A stretch of 64,000 bases of DNA. It comes from a bacterium. GTDB lineage: Bacteria > Patescibacteriota > Minisyncoccia > Phycocordibacterales > Zambryskibacteraceae. The notes below the pieces were generated by a model. It did not search any database and was not told where the DNA came from. It worked only from the letters and a program-made list of their open reading frames with translations. The stretch spans positions 32,001 through 96,000 of the forward strand of contig JAUSGI010000006.1 of assembly GCA_030649135.1 (NCBI GenBank), given 5' to 3'. The position numbers were made by a program, and so were the translations under genes. Of this stretch, positions 8,688 to 18,107 are shown in pieces (positions within the stretch are counted from its first letter, which is position 1; each line of letters starts with the position of its first letter).

Positions 8688-8990
8688 TTATTTATTAAAT
8701 TCAAACCGACCGAAGAACCAAGAGAGTAAGCTTCTACTCCTCATTTTAAAGAAATAGCTTATGGAAATATAACCTGTCACTGCTGATATAAATCCCTCAA
8801 AAATACTTTCGGTAAATAGATAAATGACTATCCCAATGATGATCAGGGATAGGATGACTATGAATAGGTCAGCTAGTTTGGCCAGAATATAACGTACGAA
8901 TAGTTGACCACGACCCCTCTCCTTTATTGCTCTTAATTCTTCAAGGGCATCTCTCGCTATACCGTTAGCTTTAGATATATGTTCTTCCAT
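8688..8990 (-). CDS. Small 2-TM membrane protein (~100 aa); track ORF 8688..9089 trimmed to the internal Met
   Basis: The first 33 codons of the track ORF read through RNA copy B. Real start likely MEEHISKANG at 8990. TM segments LADLFIVILSLIIIGIVIYLF and AVTGYISISYFF. Confidence 0.45.
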   Translation of the reverse strand: MEEHISKANGIARDALEELRAIKERGRGQLFVRYILAKLADLFIVILSLIIIGIVIYLFTESIFEGFISAVTGYISISYFFKMRSRSLLSWFFGRFEFNK

Positions 8991-9020
8991 ATTGTTGCTT
9001 GATCGTCTTGTAATCTTTTG

Positions 9021-9152
9021 CGGGCACAAAAAGCCCGCCACAGGTAGAGGCCGAGGCCCCTCATACCGGTTTCCCGATATGGCGATCAAGCGACCCTATG
9101 ACGGGGTTTTTACCTTGATCGACTTTTTGCCATGCCGGTGCCCGGTTTAGGC
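9021..9152 (-). ncRNA. Conserved structured RNA motif, copy B
   Basis: Aligns with copy A. Stems GUCGAUCAAG/CUUGAUCG and CAUAUCGGG-AAAC-CGGUAUG covary with the copy-A stems. Ends in the hairpin GCGGGC-UUUUUGU-GCCCGC just before the start codon of the 100-aa gene. Confidence 0.5.
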
Positions 9153-9276
9153 CTATTTTCTTCACACTACCATTTTACCAGTTTTACAGAGTTAAGCTAA
9201 TGGCCTCAAATGTTCTCCTTCGAGCAGGGCAACTAAAGGTGGCAAAAGCGGTAGTGCACGGTATACTTCTTCTAAA

Positions 9277-10497
9277 ATGTTATATACCAAGCCCATTACT
9301 GAAATTACTTATGTCGATGTCATTGACTTCTGCAAACAGTCGTTAAAAGAGAATATAAACCTGGACTACAAGCTGGATGTCGATACTGGCATAGCCAAGA
9401 CCATAGCGGCAATGGCTAATACTTGGGGTGGGCTGATTGTGGTCGGTGTTGAAGACGAGGATAGTAAGCCCAAGCTACCTGTCGAGGGTATTCCATATCG
9501 CGAGCACATTGAGGAGCAGATAAACAACATTATTCTAGGTAATATCACTCCGCCAACCTTTCCAGAAGTTAAGGTGTGCCTGTCTGAAAATAAAGAGAAA
9601 ATGTTTGTGGTAATCAGGATTCCACAAAGCAATCTCACGCCTCATGCTATTAGGGGCAATACCAGAGTCTACATCAGAACCAATACTAGCAATGAACCTG
9701 AAGAAGAAATAACTATAGAAAAGTTAGGGTGGTTAGTTGATAAGCGAAAAAAGTCACTCGACCTGAAAGAACAACTACATCAGGAAGCTGATAGACGGTT
9801 TGAAAAACTATGCAGGATACAAGGAATAAAAAATTTTAGACATAACGATGTTAGTCTTATGACGTCTCCTCTATATCCATTCGAAATTCTAACTAAAAAG
9901 GAGCAACTTATCAGGGAGATACCTGAAAGGATGCGGACTGAAGCCTGGGGTAGATACTTCCCAAAGACTTTACATAGAACAAGCTACGAAGCTATTAATG
10001 GCGGTAGTTATGCCTTTATCTCGAATGGTCAGTCAGGATACTTTCTATATGAGGAATTTAATCATTACGGTCTTTTTTATCATAGGGAAGATTGGTGTAA
10101 AAGTGATAAAGATGAAGAAACTGGAGAAATCAAGCACACAGGTTTTTTGCATAGCTATTTATCCGAGATAGACCTAATGATTGAATCCGCAAGTAAATTC
10201 TATTCTGCAGTAGGATACTGGGGTCTTGTCGAAATAAAAGTTATTGCCAGAGAGTTAGAAGAAGTCAATTTTAGGGATTTACCAGCTCCAAAAGGTTTCT
10301 ATAAATTCGATAAACTTGAGAAGAGACCCATTGATAATAATCTTGAATTTACCAAAGAAGTTTCGGTCAGAGAACTGGTAGAAAAAAGGGTGGCACTAGT
10401 AACATATTTGATGCTCGATTTGAGCTGGGCACTTGGCTTCACTCATATCGATGAAGAAGGTATAGGAAGACTTCTAGAGGAGCAGGGTCGTCTCTAG
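9277..10497 (+). CDS. Schlafen/AlbA_2 (divergent AAA, putative DNA-binding) domain protein, defence-associated
   Basis: N-terminal motif IAKTIAAMANTWGGLIVVGVEDED matches the AlbA_2/Schlafen core. C-terminal ~200 aa unassigned. Adjacent and convergent to the Type III R-M system. Confidence 0.7.
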   Translation: MLYTKPITEITYVDVIDFCKQSLKENINLDYKLDVDTGIAKTIAAMANTWGGLIVVGVEDEDSKPKLPVEGIPYREHIEEQINNIILGNITPPTFPEVKVCLSENKEKMFVVIRIPQSNLTPHAIRGNTRVYIRTNTSNEPEEEITIEKLGWLVDKRKKSLDLKEQLHQEADRRFEKLCRIQGIKNFRHNDVSLMTSPLYPFEILTKKEQLIREIPERMRTEAWGRYFPKTLHRTSYEAINGGSYAFISNGQSGYFLYEEFNHYGLFYHREDWCKSDKDEETGEIKHTGFLHSYLSEIDLMIESASKFYSAVGYWGLVEIKVIARELEEVNFRDLPAPKGFYKFDKLEKRPIDNNLEFTKEVSVRELVEKRVALVTYLMLDLSWALGFTHIDEEGIGRLLEEQGRL

Positions 10498-10689
10498 AAT
10501 AGTCATTTTGGCTCTTACGTGCACAGGACCATCTGAAGCATTGTGTCCGGTACCTCTTTCTCCTAGTAGTTCTGTACTATCATGGCAGTTCTTCCTAATG
10601 CTCGTTCTGGCTCCCTGTGATCGTTTCTGGTGCGAGTTTATCTTCCGTTGAGAAACCCGACAAAGAATCAGGACCAGAGACAGATATGG

Positions 10690-13203
10690 TCACTCTGAAA
10701 GTGAAACATCTAAGGATGACCTGAAATTTTCTATATTTTTATCTCTGATACTTTGGAAATATCCGTTGAAATCTGTCGGGGTAAGGAAGTTGAATTTGTA
10801 TGATATGCCTTTCTTATTCTTTCGTAAATACGCATTTATCCTTTCAAAATGAGCGAGCGCATATTCGTTTTTCTTTTTGTTCTCCACGGACGGCTCGCTA
10901 ATCTCGTCGTCGTCTTTAATCTCAACAATCAAAATCAACTTGCCGGTCTTGATAAAAAAGTCGGGATTGAATTTTCCACGCTTTGGATGTTCGCCTTTCT
11001 TCCAAAAATAATCAATCTCGTAGAAACTCATCGGCGTTGATTTAATCCATGCGTCAATGTGTTGCGTGTTTTCGGATTTTACTAGCTCTTTAACGAATCT
11101 GCGCTCATTGTCATGATCCGAGACAACAGCATTGAGCGGTGTTTTGAAATCATAATGATTGGCGACTTTTGCGCACTTAAACCCGCTCCCTTCCTCCACG
11201 GCTTCTTCGTAAAATTCTTTATACTCATCCGGCATATTTTCTTTCGTTTTGCTTGTATAGAAAATCGTTTTGCCATTTTTCAGGTCGGATGCGCTTGCGC
11301 TCTCCTGCGGTCGCTCGGTCGTTAATATCGGATAGTAATTTGTCGGCTCAAAATCATAGCGAACCACTTGCGCTGCTTTTCTTTGAAGCGTTCCGAGCGA
11401 CTGCAAAAACTTTTGCCGCATATTTTCGGTAATAACCTTGTTGTCTGTTTCTTTAAGCGATTTTTTTACAATTTCCTCCAGTTTTTCAACGGGAAATTGC
11501 TTTATGTAAAATTTGCGGTCTTCGCCGTCCACCAAATCCTCAAACCGCTGGAACATCACCTCGGCAACTTCGTGCGTGGTATAGGTCTTATGCTTGATTT
11601 TCGTTTTCCATTGTGTCCGCACGCCGGTATCTGCTTCCTCAAACTCAACTGTCATATCCTCCACAGGAAGTTCCGTTGAAAGATCAACATAACCCTTTTT
11701 GAATAACTGATATGGCTTCTCCATTTTGTAAGTTTCGGTGCGCGGCTTCGGATCGTACTCAATGTTCAGCAGTTCAAAATTAAATTCGGACGAGGTAACT
11801 GGAAATGTTGGTATTCGTTTTTCAAATTCCAAAACTTCATGGACAAGGTGTCGTATGTCATCCGCCCATCTATCATGATTGAAAACAGTTACTTCCGGTT
11901 GCGCGCCTTTCCAGCCGTCCGGCACGCGTAAGCCGCGCCCAAGCACTTGAGCGATAAGCAACTTACTTTCAAACGCTCTTTTTTCGTGGGGGACAATTTG
12001 AAAAACGCGTTTTACATCCCAACCCTCGTTGAGCATGGAAACCGACAAAATCCACTCGACCTTACTGTTTGCGTTGTTTACGCTTGCGAGGCGCGGCAAA
12101 TCTGGTGCGTCGCTATGAATAACAAGCACCTGTTCGTCAATCTGCTCTCGGCTTTTGCCGGTCTCTTCTTTCAAAAACGCTTTGAATTTTTCTGCTACAT
12201 CTTTACACCCACTAATATCTTTCGTAACGATAATTGTAAGCGGGCGCAATTTATGCGCTTTCAATTTGCGCCTTATTTCTTCGTGGTGATTAAGTACCAA
12301 CTGCCACTTTTCTGTTTCCGGTTGTCTCGTCTGCGGCATTTCGGCAACATACTGCACTTTCTTAACAAATTTTTCTTCCATTGCTTGCCGCAACGAGTAA
12401 CGATAAATCACATCGGAAAAATACTCGTTGCCGAGATAGCAAGTGCCAGAAACGCCAATGACATAACGAAAGCCGTAATCTGGATCGGTCAAAAATTCCT
12501 TCCACTTTTTCGCTTTGCTCGCCACTTCGTTTGCGACATGGTGCGTCTCGTCGTTCAAAATGAGTGTCCTGTCTCCTTTGCCCTGCAGGCTGTCGCGGAT
12601 TGACGAGCGCACATGAGCGAGAATTGCGTGATAGTTTTCTATACAAATACTGCCAGATACAATGCTTTCGCTCGCGTTTATGACGTGCGGAGCGTTCACT
12701 GCTGCGTTTGCGGGTAAAAGGTCGCGCAAGTCGGCGTTTCCTGCCAGTAGCTCAAATTTTTCCAGCAATCCGGTCTCTATCGTCGTGGACGGACACAACA
12801 CTAAAACTCTATCAACCGCGCCCTCGGCAAGCATGATCGCCGCAATGCCATACATCACATAGCTTTTGCCCGTGCCGGTCGCCAAATCAAGCGAGGCGGC
12901 GAGTTGGTCCGGCAATTGCAAATACCGTTCCAGATTTCCGATTGAGCCGTATTTATCGCGCAAAACTTCGTTATGCTCAAAATTCTTTCCAGCCAAATCG
13001 CGCAAATCCCGATACTCGCCGCCGAGTAAATACCGCGTAGCGGCGCGGATTGCGTCTTTTTGATACTCACGAATGCCGCAAAGCTCATCAAGAAACGCCT
13101 CGTACTTATTTTCGTCCCATTTGCGACGATCAACCGAAGTGCTGACATCAAGCACTAGGTCTTCATTATGAAATCGTTTTGTTCCGTTTGTTCTTCTTGG
13201 CAT
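10690..13203 (-). CDS. res: Type III restriction enzyme Res subunit (SF2 helicase plus C-terminal PD-(D/E)xK nuclease)
   Basis: 837 aa. Helicase motif I LATGTGKSYV and motif II LILNDETHHV. C-terminal NPDFF...LILIVEIKDDD nuclease motif. Immediately downstream of mod. Confidence 0.85.
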   Translation of the reverse strand: MPRRTNGTKRFHNEDLVLDVSTSVDRRKWDENKYEAFLDELCGIREYQKDAIRAATRYLLGGEYRDLRDLAGKNFEHNEVLRDKYGSIGNLERYLQLPDQLAASLDLATGTGKSYVMYGIAAIMLAEGAVDRVLVLCPSTTIETGLLEKFELLAGNADLRDLLPANAAVNAPHVINASESIVSGSICIENYHAILAHVRSSIRDSLQGKGDRTLILNDETHHVANEVASKAKKWKEFLTDPDYGFRYVIGVSGTCYLGNEYFSDVIYRYSLRQAMEEKFVKKVQYVAEMPQTRQPETEKWQLVLNHHEEIRRKLKAHKLRPLTIIVTKDISGCKDVAEKFKAFLKEETGKSREQIDEQVLVIHSDAPDLPRLASVNNANSKVEWILSVSMLNEGWDVKRVFQIVPHEKRAFESKLLIAQVLGRGLRVPDGWKGAQPEVTVFNHDRWADDIRHLVHEVLEFEKRIPTFPVTSSEFNFELLNIEYDPKPRTETYKMEKPYQLFKKGYVDLSTELPVEDMTVEFEEADTGVRTQWKTKIKHKTYTTHEVAEVMFQRFEDLVDGEDRKFYIKQFPVEKLEEIVKKSLKETDNKVITENMRQKFLQSLGTLQRKAAQVVRYDFEPTNYYPILTTERPQESASASDLKNGKTIFYTSKTKENMPDEYKEFYEEAVEEGSGFKCAKVANHYDFKTPLNAVVSDHDNERRFVKELVKSENTQHIDAWIKSTPMSFYEIDYFWKKGEHPKRGKFNPDFFIKTGKLILIVEIKDDDEISEPSVENKKKNEYALAHFERINAYLRKNKKGISYKFNFLTPTDFNGYFQSIRDKNIENFRSSLDVSLSE

Positions 13204-13205
13204 AA

Positions 13206-15077
13206 TTATTTTTTAGCTTTGGCACGAAGCACTTTTGGTGTAATGACAATGCGTGATTCGTTGCCGTAAATATCCAAAAATACGAGCATGACATCACCTT
13301 TAATTTCTTTGGTGGGTAGCTCTATTTTCCACTTGTTATCTTTTATCGCGCTCGCGTAAAACGCTTTATCCAAATCAAATACCTTTCCGTTGTAATCGTA
13401 ATCTACCATCACCATTGAAAGCGCGTCGTGCTTGCTAATTTTATCCTCTCCGCGCAGTCGCGCCTTGCTCTCAAACTTCTTTATTTTAACAGACACGGCT
13501 TGTTTCTTTGCGGCAAGCTCAAGCTCAACTACCGGCGGCTGGATAAAATCAAAACCCACCGCCTCAACGGTTTCGTTGATAGCCATTTCGTCGTTTGGCT
13601 GAACGAGCGCGGAAAATTTACGTCGGTGCAGTTCGTTGATAAAAGAATACGGAATACGAAGCGCGTAATATCGCACACCGTCCATTTCGAGATAATCCTC
13701 TTGGAAAAGGAACGCGCCGCGCGGAGCAATAATAAAGCAACGATCTCCAACGGCTTTTCCAATGCTTGCGTGCAAGTCTGCTATTGTCTGCTGGCTAATC
13801 TGTCCTTCCTTAAAATGATTGAAAACATGAACGCTTGAACCTTGTCGCTTGCCATCCATTTGGAAGCCATGAATTTTGTGTGGCTCGTCTTTGCACTCAA
13901 AAAGCTGGAGCGCAAAAAATCGCCAATCTTCCCACGGCAAATTTCTCAAATTCTCAAAATCATACAAACCAGCGTTATAAAGTGTGAACGGCTTGGCGGC
14001 AAGCGACTCACCAGTATTGCTGATATTTTTGCGTAAAGTTAGCATTCGTTTTTGAATGGTATAAACTGCGAGCTTACTTACATCAATTGCAATCCAGCGT
14101 CGCTCTAACTTTTCGGCTGTCGCGGAAGTCGTTCCCGAACCCGCAAAAACATCCATAACAATATCACCTTTATTTGAGGAAGCTTCAATAATGCGCTTAA
14201 TCAATGCCTCTGGTTTCTGTGTCGGAAAATCAACTCGCTCTTTTGAATCCGCCTCTGTACCTAAAGGATAAATATCTTCCCAAACATCCCTACATACAGA
14301 ATTGTGATACCACTTTTGTTTGTCTTTATCGAAAAATTCAGGATATTTTTCACTAAAGTTATATTTCTTTTGCTGATACGATTTGTAGTATTGTGTGTTA
14401 AAAAGAAAATTACCGTTTTTTGCGTAGTAATAAATATTATCGTGTTTTCTGGCAAAGAAATTTTTACTTACACCACCAGTCCTATAACTCCAAATAATCT
14501 CATTTATAAAATTTTGTTCTCCAAAAATTTCATCCATTAAAACTTTTATGTAATGGCCTTTCCTATAATCAAGATGCACATAAATTCCACCATCATTTGC
14601 GAGTAACTCTTTTAAAAGAATAAGCCTCTTTCGCATAAATTCTAAAAATGCGCTGCCAGCAATTTTATCTTGATATGCTTTTTGATCTTGGCTTCCTTTG
14701 AAATCTCGCCGTGTTGAAAATGGTGGATCAATGTAAATAAGCCGAACGCCCGGCGTGCCGTCGGCGTTCACCAGCTTTCCATCTGCTTTCATTTGCAAAA
14801 GCGTCTTTATAGCCTGCAAATTGTCGCCAAAAATAAGTTTGTTGTGCCAATCAACCCCGTTCTGTCCAAAAGTGCTGACTTCTTGAAACGGCACAGCCAT
14901 TGTGTCGGCGAGAATTTGCTCCTCGGTTTCTTTGCCGTTGTAGACAAGTTCGTACTCGCGGCGTTCGGGCGGAAAAAACTCTCGCGCCCACTCTGCCGGA
15001 AGTTCCTCGCCGGTTTCGGTCAGCTTGAGTCCTCGTTTTAGCAACTCGTATATCTTTTCTTGACGACGTTTGTCCAT
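13206..15077 (-). CDS. mod: Type III R-M Mod subunit (beta-class N6-adenine/N4-cytosine DNA methyltransferase)
   Basis: 623 aa. Motif IV IYIDPPF precedes motif I VMDVFAGSGTTSATA (beta-class order, motif IV before motif I). mod-res operon arrangement. Confidence 0.85.
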   Translation of the reverse strand: MDKRRQEKIYELLKRGLKLTETGEELPAEWAREFFPPERREYELVYNGKETEEQILADTMAVPFQEVSTFGQNGVDWHNKLIFGDNLQAIKTLLQMKADGKLVNADGTPGVRLIYIDPPFSTRRDFKGSQDQKAYQDKIAGSAFLEFMRKRLILLKELLANDGGIYVHLDYRKGHYIKVLMDEIFGEQNFINEIIWSYRTGGVSKNFFARKHDNIYYYAKNGNFLFNTQYYKSYQQKKYNFSEKYPEFFDKDKQKWYHNSVCRDVWEDIYPLGTEADSKERVDFPTQKPEALIKRIIEASSNKGDIVMDVFAGSGTTSATAEKLERRWIAIDVSKLAVYTIQKRMLTLRKNISNTGESLAAKPFTLYNAGLYDFENLRNLPWEDWRFFALQLFECKDEPHKIHGFQMDGKRQGSSVHVFNHFKEGQISQQTIADLHASIGKAVGDRCFIIAPRGAFLFQEDYLEMDGVRYYALRIPYSFINELHRRKFSALVQPNDEMAINETVEAVGFDFIQPPVVELELAAKKQAVSVKIKKFESKARLRGEDKISKHDALSMVMVDYDYNGKVFDLDKAFYASAIKDNKWKIELPTKEIKGDVMLVFLDIYGNESRIVITPKVLRAKAKK

Positions 15078-15325
15078 TCAATTCATCATACCCCAAAACA
15101 TCTCTATTCGTCTTGCATTGCCAATATATGTATTATCTATCCTCATACTGTCATTGTGGCTTGCTGTGGTCCTCTGGGGCGCGAGTTTTGTGCTATTTTG
15201 TAGTTACGCCTTGTTGGCCCGAAATCTCACTATATTGCCCTAAAGCACACGTTCTAACTTCGTTCAACATGCGGAGCCAGTCAGAATTTGGCAAGGTTTT
15301 GGGAAAAGAAAAACTTTGAACTACA

Positions 15326-15682
15326 ATGGACGAAAAAGCAGAAAATAAAAATGATAAGCCGATTCTGTCGAAGACGAAAAAGGTTATCATATTGGCTCTT
15401 GCCATAACTTTTTTTGTATTCTCCATATTCAATGTATATTTAGAAATTCGCAGGCAATTTATGTGTAGTCAGATGGTACTTCTTAATGCACAAATCCCGC
15501 CCTCCGACATTGATAGTTACATCTTGAGAAAAGAGGCTTTTGAAAATGTTTGCCTTGAAAGAACTGGACTTGGAAGTTACTTTTGGGCATTCGCTAGTTT
15601 CTGGTTTCTCGGCTATGTGATAACTTTTTTCGGCAAACATCCAGAAAAAGTACAAGCTAAGGATAACGGCATTGCTTCTTGA
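15326..15682 (+). CDS. Hypothetical 2-TM membrane protein (118 aa)
   Basis: TM helices VIILALAITFFVFSIFNVYL and YFWAFASFWFLGYVITFF. Confidence 0.5.
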   Translation: MDEKAENKNDKPILSKTKKVIILALAITFFVFSIFNVYLEIRRQFMCSQMVLLNAQIPPSDIDSYILRKEAFENVCLERTGLGSYFWAFASFWFLGYVITFFGKHPEKVQAKDNGIAS

Positions 15683-15712
15683 CCTTTCATCTGATAAGCG
15701 TATCGTAAGTTT

Positions 15713-16159
15713 ATGAGAAAATATGTCTTTATTGCGCTTTTTACATATACATTCATCCCATTAGCAGTCAGTGCCCATCCTGGCAACACAGCTTCTGATG
15801 GATGCCACTATTGCAGGACAAATTGTGATAAATGGGGTGTCGCATGGAATGAAAGGCATTGTCATGCTTCTAAGGGTGTCCCCCAACCTACGGAACCTAT
15901 AAGAAGTATTCGGGGAGAGGTTAGAGGAACTGCGGTACCGGCACCTGAGTATCAGACCTATATACCTAAGGCTTCCATTCCTGTTAGTGAGCCAGCCAAA
16001 GCTTTAAAGGAGATTAAAACTCAGGTACAAAAGAAGACATCAGCACCAGTTAATAATCAAGTAGTGGGAACATCAACGTCGTCCAAAGATATTGTTCCAA
16101 TATCTCAACCGAAGCCACAACAGAAGAAAAGCTTTTGGGCTAGATTCTTTGGCAGGTAG
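15713..16159 (+). CDS. Hypothetical secreted Cys/His-rich protein (148 aa)
   Basis: Signal peptide MRKYVFIALFTYTFIPLAVSA. Segment HPGNTASDGCHYCRTNCDKWGVAWNERHCH. Confidence 0.5.
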   Translation: MRKYVFIALFTYTFIPLAVSAHPGNTASDGCHYCRTNCDKWGVAWNERHCHASKGVPQPTEPIRSIRGEVRGTAVPAPEYQTYIPKASIPVSEPAKALKEIKTQVQKKTSAPVNNQVVGTSTSSKDIVPISQPKPQQKKSFWARFFGR

Positions 16160-16307
16160 TATATTTATCTACTGCTTGGGTTGAAATTCATTTTTTAGCT
16201 TTCCTTAAACTTTCTCAGCTTCTTCCACTTTTCTCATAGCTCTAATTAACATTAACCTTTGAGCCATTTGTTGCATATATTCTCGGTTTAAAAGGAGCGG
16301 TATATGA

Positions 16308-16733
16308 ATGCTATACTTGGGGAGCCCGAATAAAATGTCTTACCCTAGAGGATATATAAATAAGGAATTAGAGAAAGAGATCGATAGGTATGGTGATGAA
16401 AGTCCAAATAGTCATTTGGGACCTTCCTACTACGCAAGAGCTTCACTTGGATTAACTGAATTAGAAAGAAGGAGCACAAAGAAAATAAATATGTTCTCTC
16501 TTTCTATAAGTACGCTTGCCTTAGTCTTTTCATTTTTAGCAGTTAAATACTCGGCAGAGCAAGCTGAATATTCAAGAATTCAAAGCGGTCCAGAACAAGT
16601 AAATCTGGCTCGTGCCATAAAACAGGCATTAGAATTTTGTAAGAACCAAAGAGAATGGGAACCTACAAGTCTGATGAATACCTCATCAGGAGAACAGATG
16701 ACGTGTTCAGAAGTGTTAAAATCATATAAATAA
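16308..16733 (+). CDS. Hypothetical protein with one TM helix (141 aa); true start may be the internal MSYPRG
   Basis: A 9-codon mini-ORF with an AAGGAG RBS overlaps the called start. Stop is immediately followed by the start of the next gene. Confidence 0.4.
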   Translation: MLYLGSPNKMSYPRGYINKELEKEIDRYGDESPNSHLGPSYYARASLGLTELERRSTKKINMFSLSISTLALVFSFLAVKYSAEQAEYSRIQSGPEQVNLARAIKQALEFCKNQREWEPTSLMNTSSGEQMTCSEVLKSYK

Positions 16734-17117
16734 ATGAAGACAATCTTAGTTGATGCTGTAGATTGTTTCGTTTCAGATACAGGAGAGATTTATAATGAAA
16801 TGCACGATCTTCTTGAGACCTACCCTAACAAGAAGATTATTCTTACTGGTGCAAATGATGAGCAATTTCAGAAATTCGGCTTAGACAAGATGCCTTATGA
16901 GGTATTTACCCTAAAGCATAGTCCTGAAAAAACAGACCCTTCCTATTATGTAAAGATGCTTGAGAACTTTGGATTAGGTAAGGAAGAGGTTATCTACTTT
17001 GAACACAACCCTGAAGCAGTTAAGAGCGCTCAATCTGCTGGAATAAAATCTTATTTCTTTGATTACGATAAGAAGGACTTGGCAAGCCTAAAAATATTCT
17101 TAGATAAAGACCTGTAG
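16734..17117 (+). CDS. Possible HAD-like hydrolase (127 aa)
   Basis: N-terminal KTILVDAVDCF and C-terminal FEHNPEAVKSAQSAGIKSYFFD resemble HAD motifs I and III/IV. Weak call. Confidence 0.4.
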   Translation: MKTILVDAVDCFVSDTGEIYNEMHDLLETYPNKKIILTGANDEQFQKFGLDKMPYEVFTLKHSPEKTDPSYYVKMLENFGLGKEEVIYFEHNPEAVKSAQSAGIKSYFFDYDKKDLASLKIFLDKDL

Positions 17118-17123
17118 ATAATA

Positions 17124-17426
17124 ATGGGATATCTAATTCTTATCTTTTTCTTTGGAATCATACCGTCTATATTGTTATTGTATTTCGCGAGAAATTATTT
17201 TAATTGGAAAGCATTCGGCATTACAGTCTTTATAGTATTTGTAGCGGCTTTTATCAGTGACTATATCGGAATTGAGAAAGAACTGTGGACCTATGGCATC
17301 AGTGGTACACAAACAATTGGTAAAACCGTCTTTGGCGTCCCAATAGAAGATTTAATATTCTTCCTCACAATTCCCCCATGGATTATTGGTAGCTACGAGT
17401 TATTGAAAGCTAAGTTTTCAAGATAG
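17124..17426 (+). CDS. Lycopene cyclase domain-containing small membrane protein
   Basis: 100 aa, 3 TM. Resembles CrtYcd-type lycopene cyclase domain proteins. Confidence 0.5.
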   Translation: MGYLILIFFFGIIPSILLLYFARNYFNWKAFGITVFIVFVAAFISDYIGIEKELWTYGISGTQTIGKTVFGVPIEDLIFFLTIPPWIIGSYELLKAKFSR

Positions 17427-17499
17427 ACAGGTTTAATAAATACCCTTGCATGGTAATCGAGACCCATGGTCGCTGATTAATTTGACTTAATTTTATAAT

Positions 17500-17901
17500 G
17501 TGTTATCGTCTACCCTAGAAAGGGGTGTCCGAATGCCTAAGTCAGCAGGTAGAGAAAAGAAGCTGGTAGTGTACGGGCAGACCTTGCAGAAAGCTCGACT
17601 CTCCTCAGGCATACTCAACCAAAAGCAAGCAGCCTCCCGCCTAACAGATGGTGGGCTACAGTGCTCTCAGCCTCTTATCGCTCAACACGAGACTGGCCGG
17701 ATAGTGGATCCTTCGCTAAATTTTTTGAAGGCCATTGCAGCTTTGTACGAAGTTGACTACCGAGACCTGGTCGCTGTACTCGTGATGGATAAGTACGGTG
17801 TCGATTTCACCTCTGGAGAGAAGCCTCGGAACTTGCTGATCCAGCTCGTGGAAAAAAATCTGGAGGAGTTGCAAAAGGAGCTTGCCAGGCTCAAGAAATG
17901 A
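17500..17901 (+). CDS. XRE-family HTH transcriptional regulator
   Basis: Segment LVVYGQTLQKARLSSGILNQKQAASRL is HTH_XRE-like. Probable start at the internal Met 17533 with AAAGGGG upstream. Confidence 0.65.
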   Translation: MLSSTLERGVRMPKSAGREKKLVVYGQTLQKARLSSGILNQKQAASRLTDGGLQCSQPLIAQHETGRIVDPSLNFLKAIAALYEVDYRDLVAVLVMDKYGVDFTSGEKPRNLLIQLVEKNLEELQKELARLKK

Positions 17902-18107
17902 GTGTGGATGGGAAAATAAAGAACCGCTTACCACAAAACTGGGGAGGCGGTTTTGTGTTTTATACGGAACTAAACCTCATAAGCTCTAAGCCTCGCACTA
18001 TATTAGGCAAATTAAGAGTCCTGAACTGCTCAACTAGAGAGTTCTGAACCCCGCCTGCCAGGCCCGGCGGGCAGGTCGTCCAATCATCGGAGCCATGATG
18101 GGAGCAC

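Noticed and set aside
8991-9089. N-terminal 33 codons of track ORF 8688..9089
   Set aside because: They read through RNA motif copy B (MIAISGNRYEGPRPLPVAGFLCPQKITRRSSNN). The internal Met at 8990 is placed after the leader hairpin and gives a sensible 2-TM protein.
7658-9152. The two ~130-nt repeats as att sites or MITE ends flanking a two-gene cassette
   Set aside because: The copies are only about 65% identical, with differences concentrated as compensatory changes in helices. Recombination sites or recent MITE copies would be near-identical. Both copies sit in the same position (5' leader) relative to downstream genes.
11082-13151. Internal and antisense ORFs within the Type III res and mod genes (for example 11947..12603 and 13428..13838)
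   Set aside because: They are fully contained in, or antisense to, genes with clear helicase, nuclease and methyltransferase motifs. Frame shadows.
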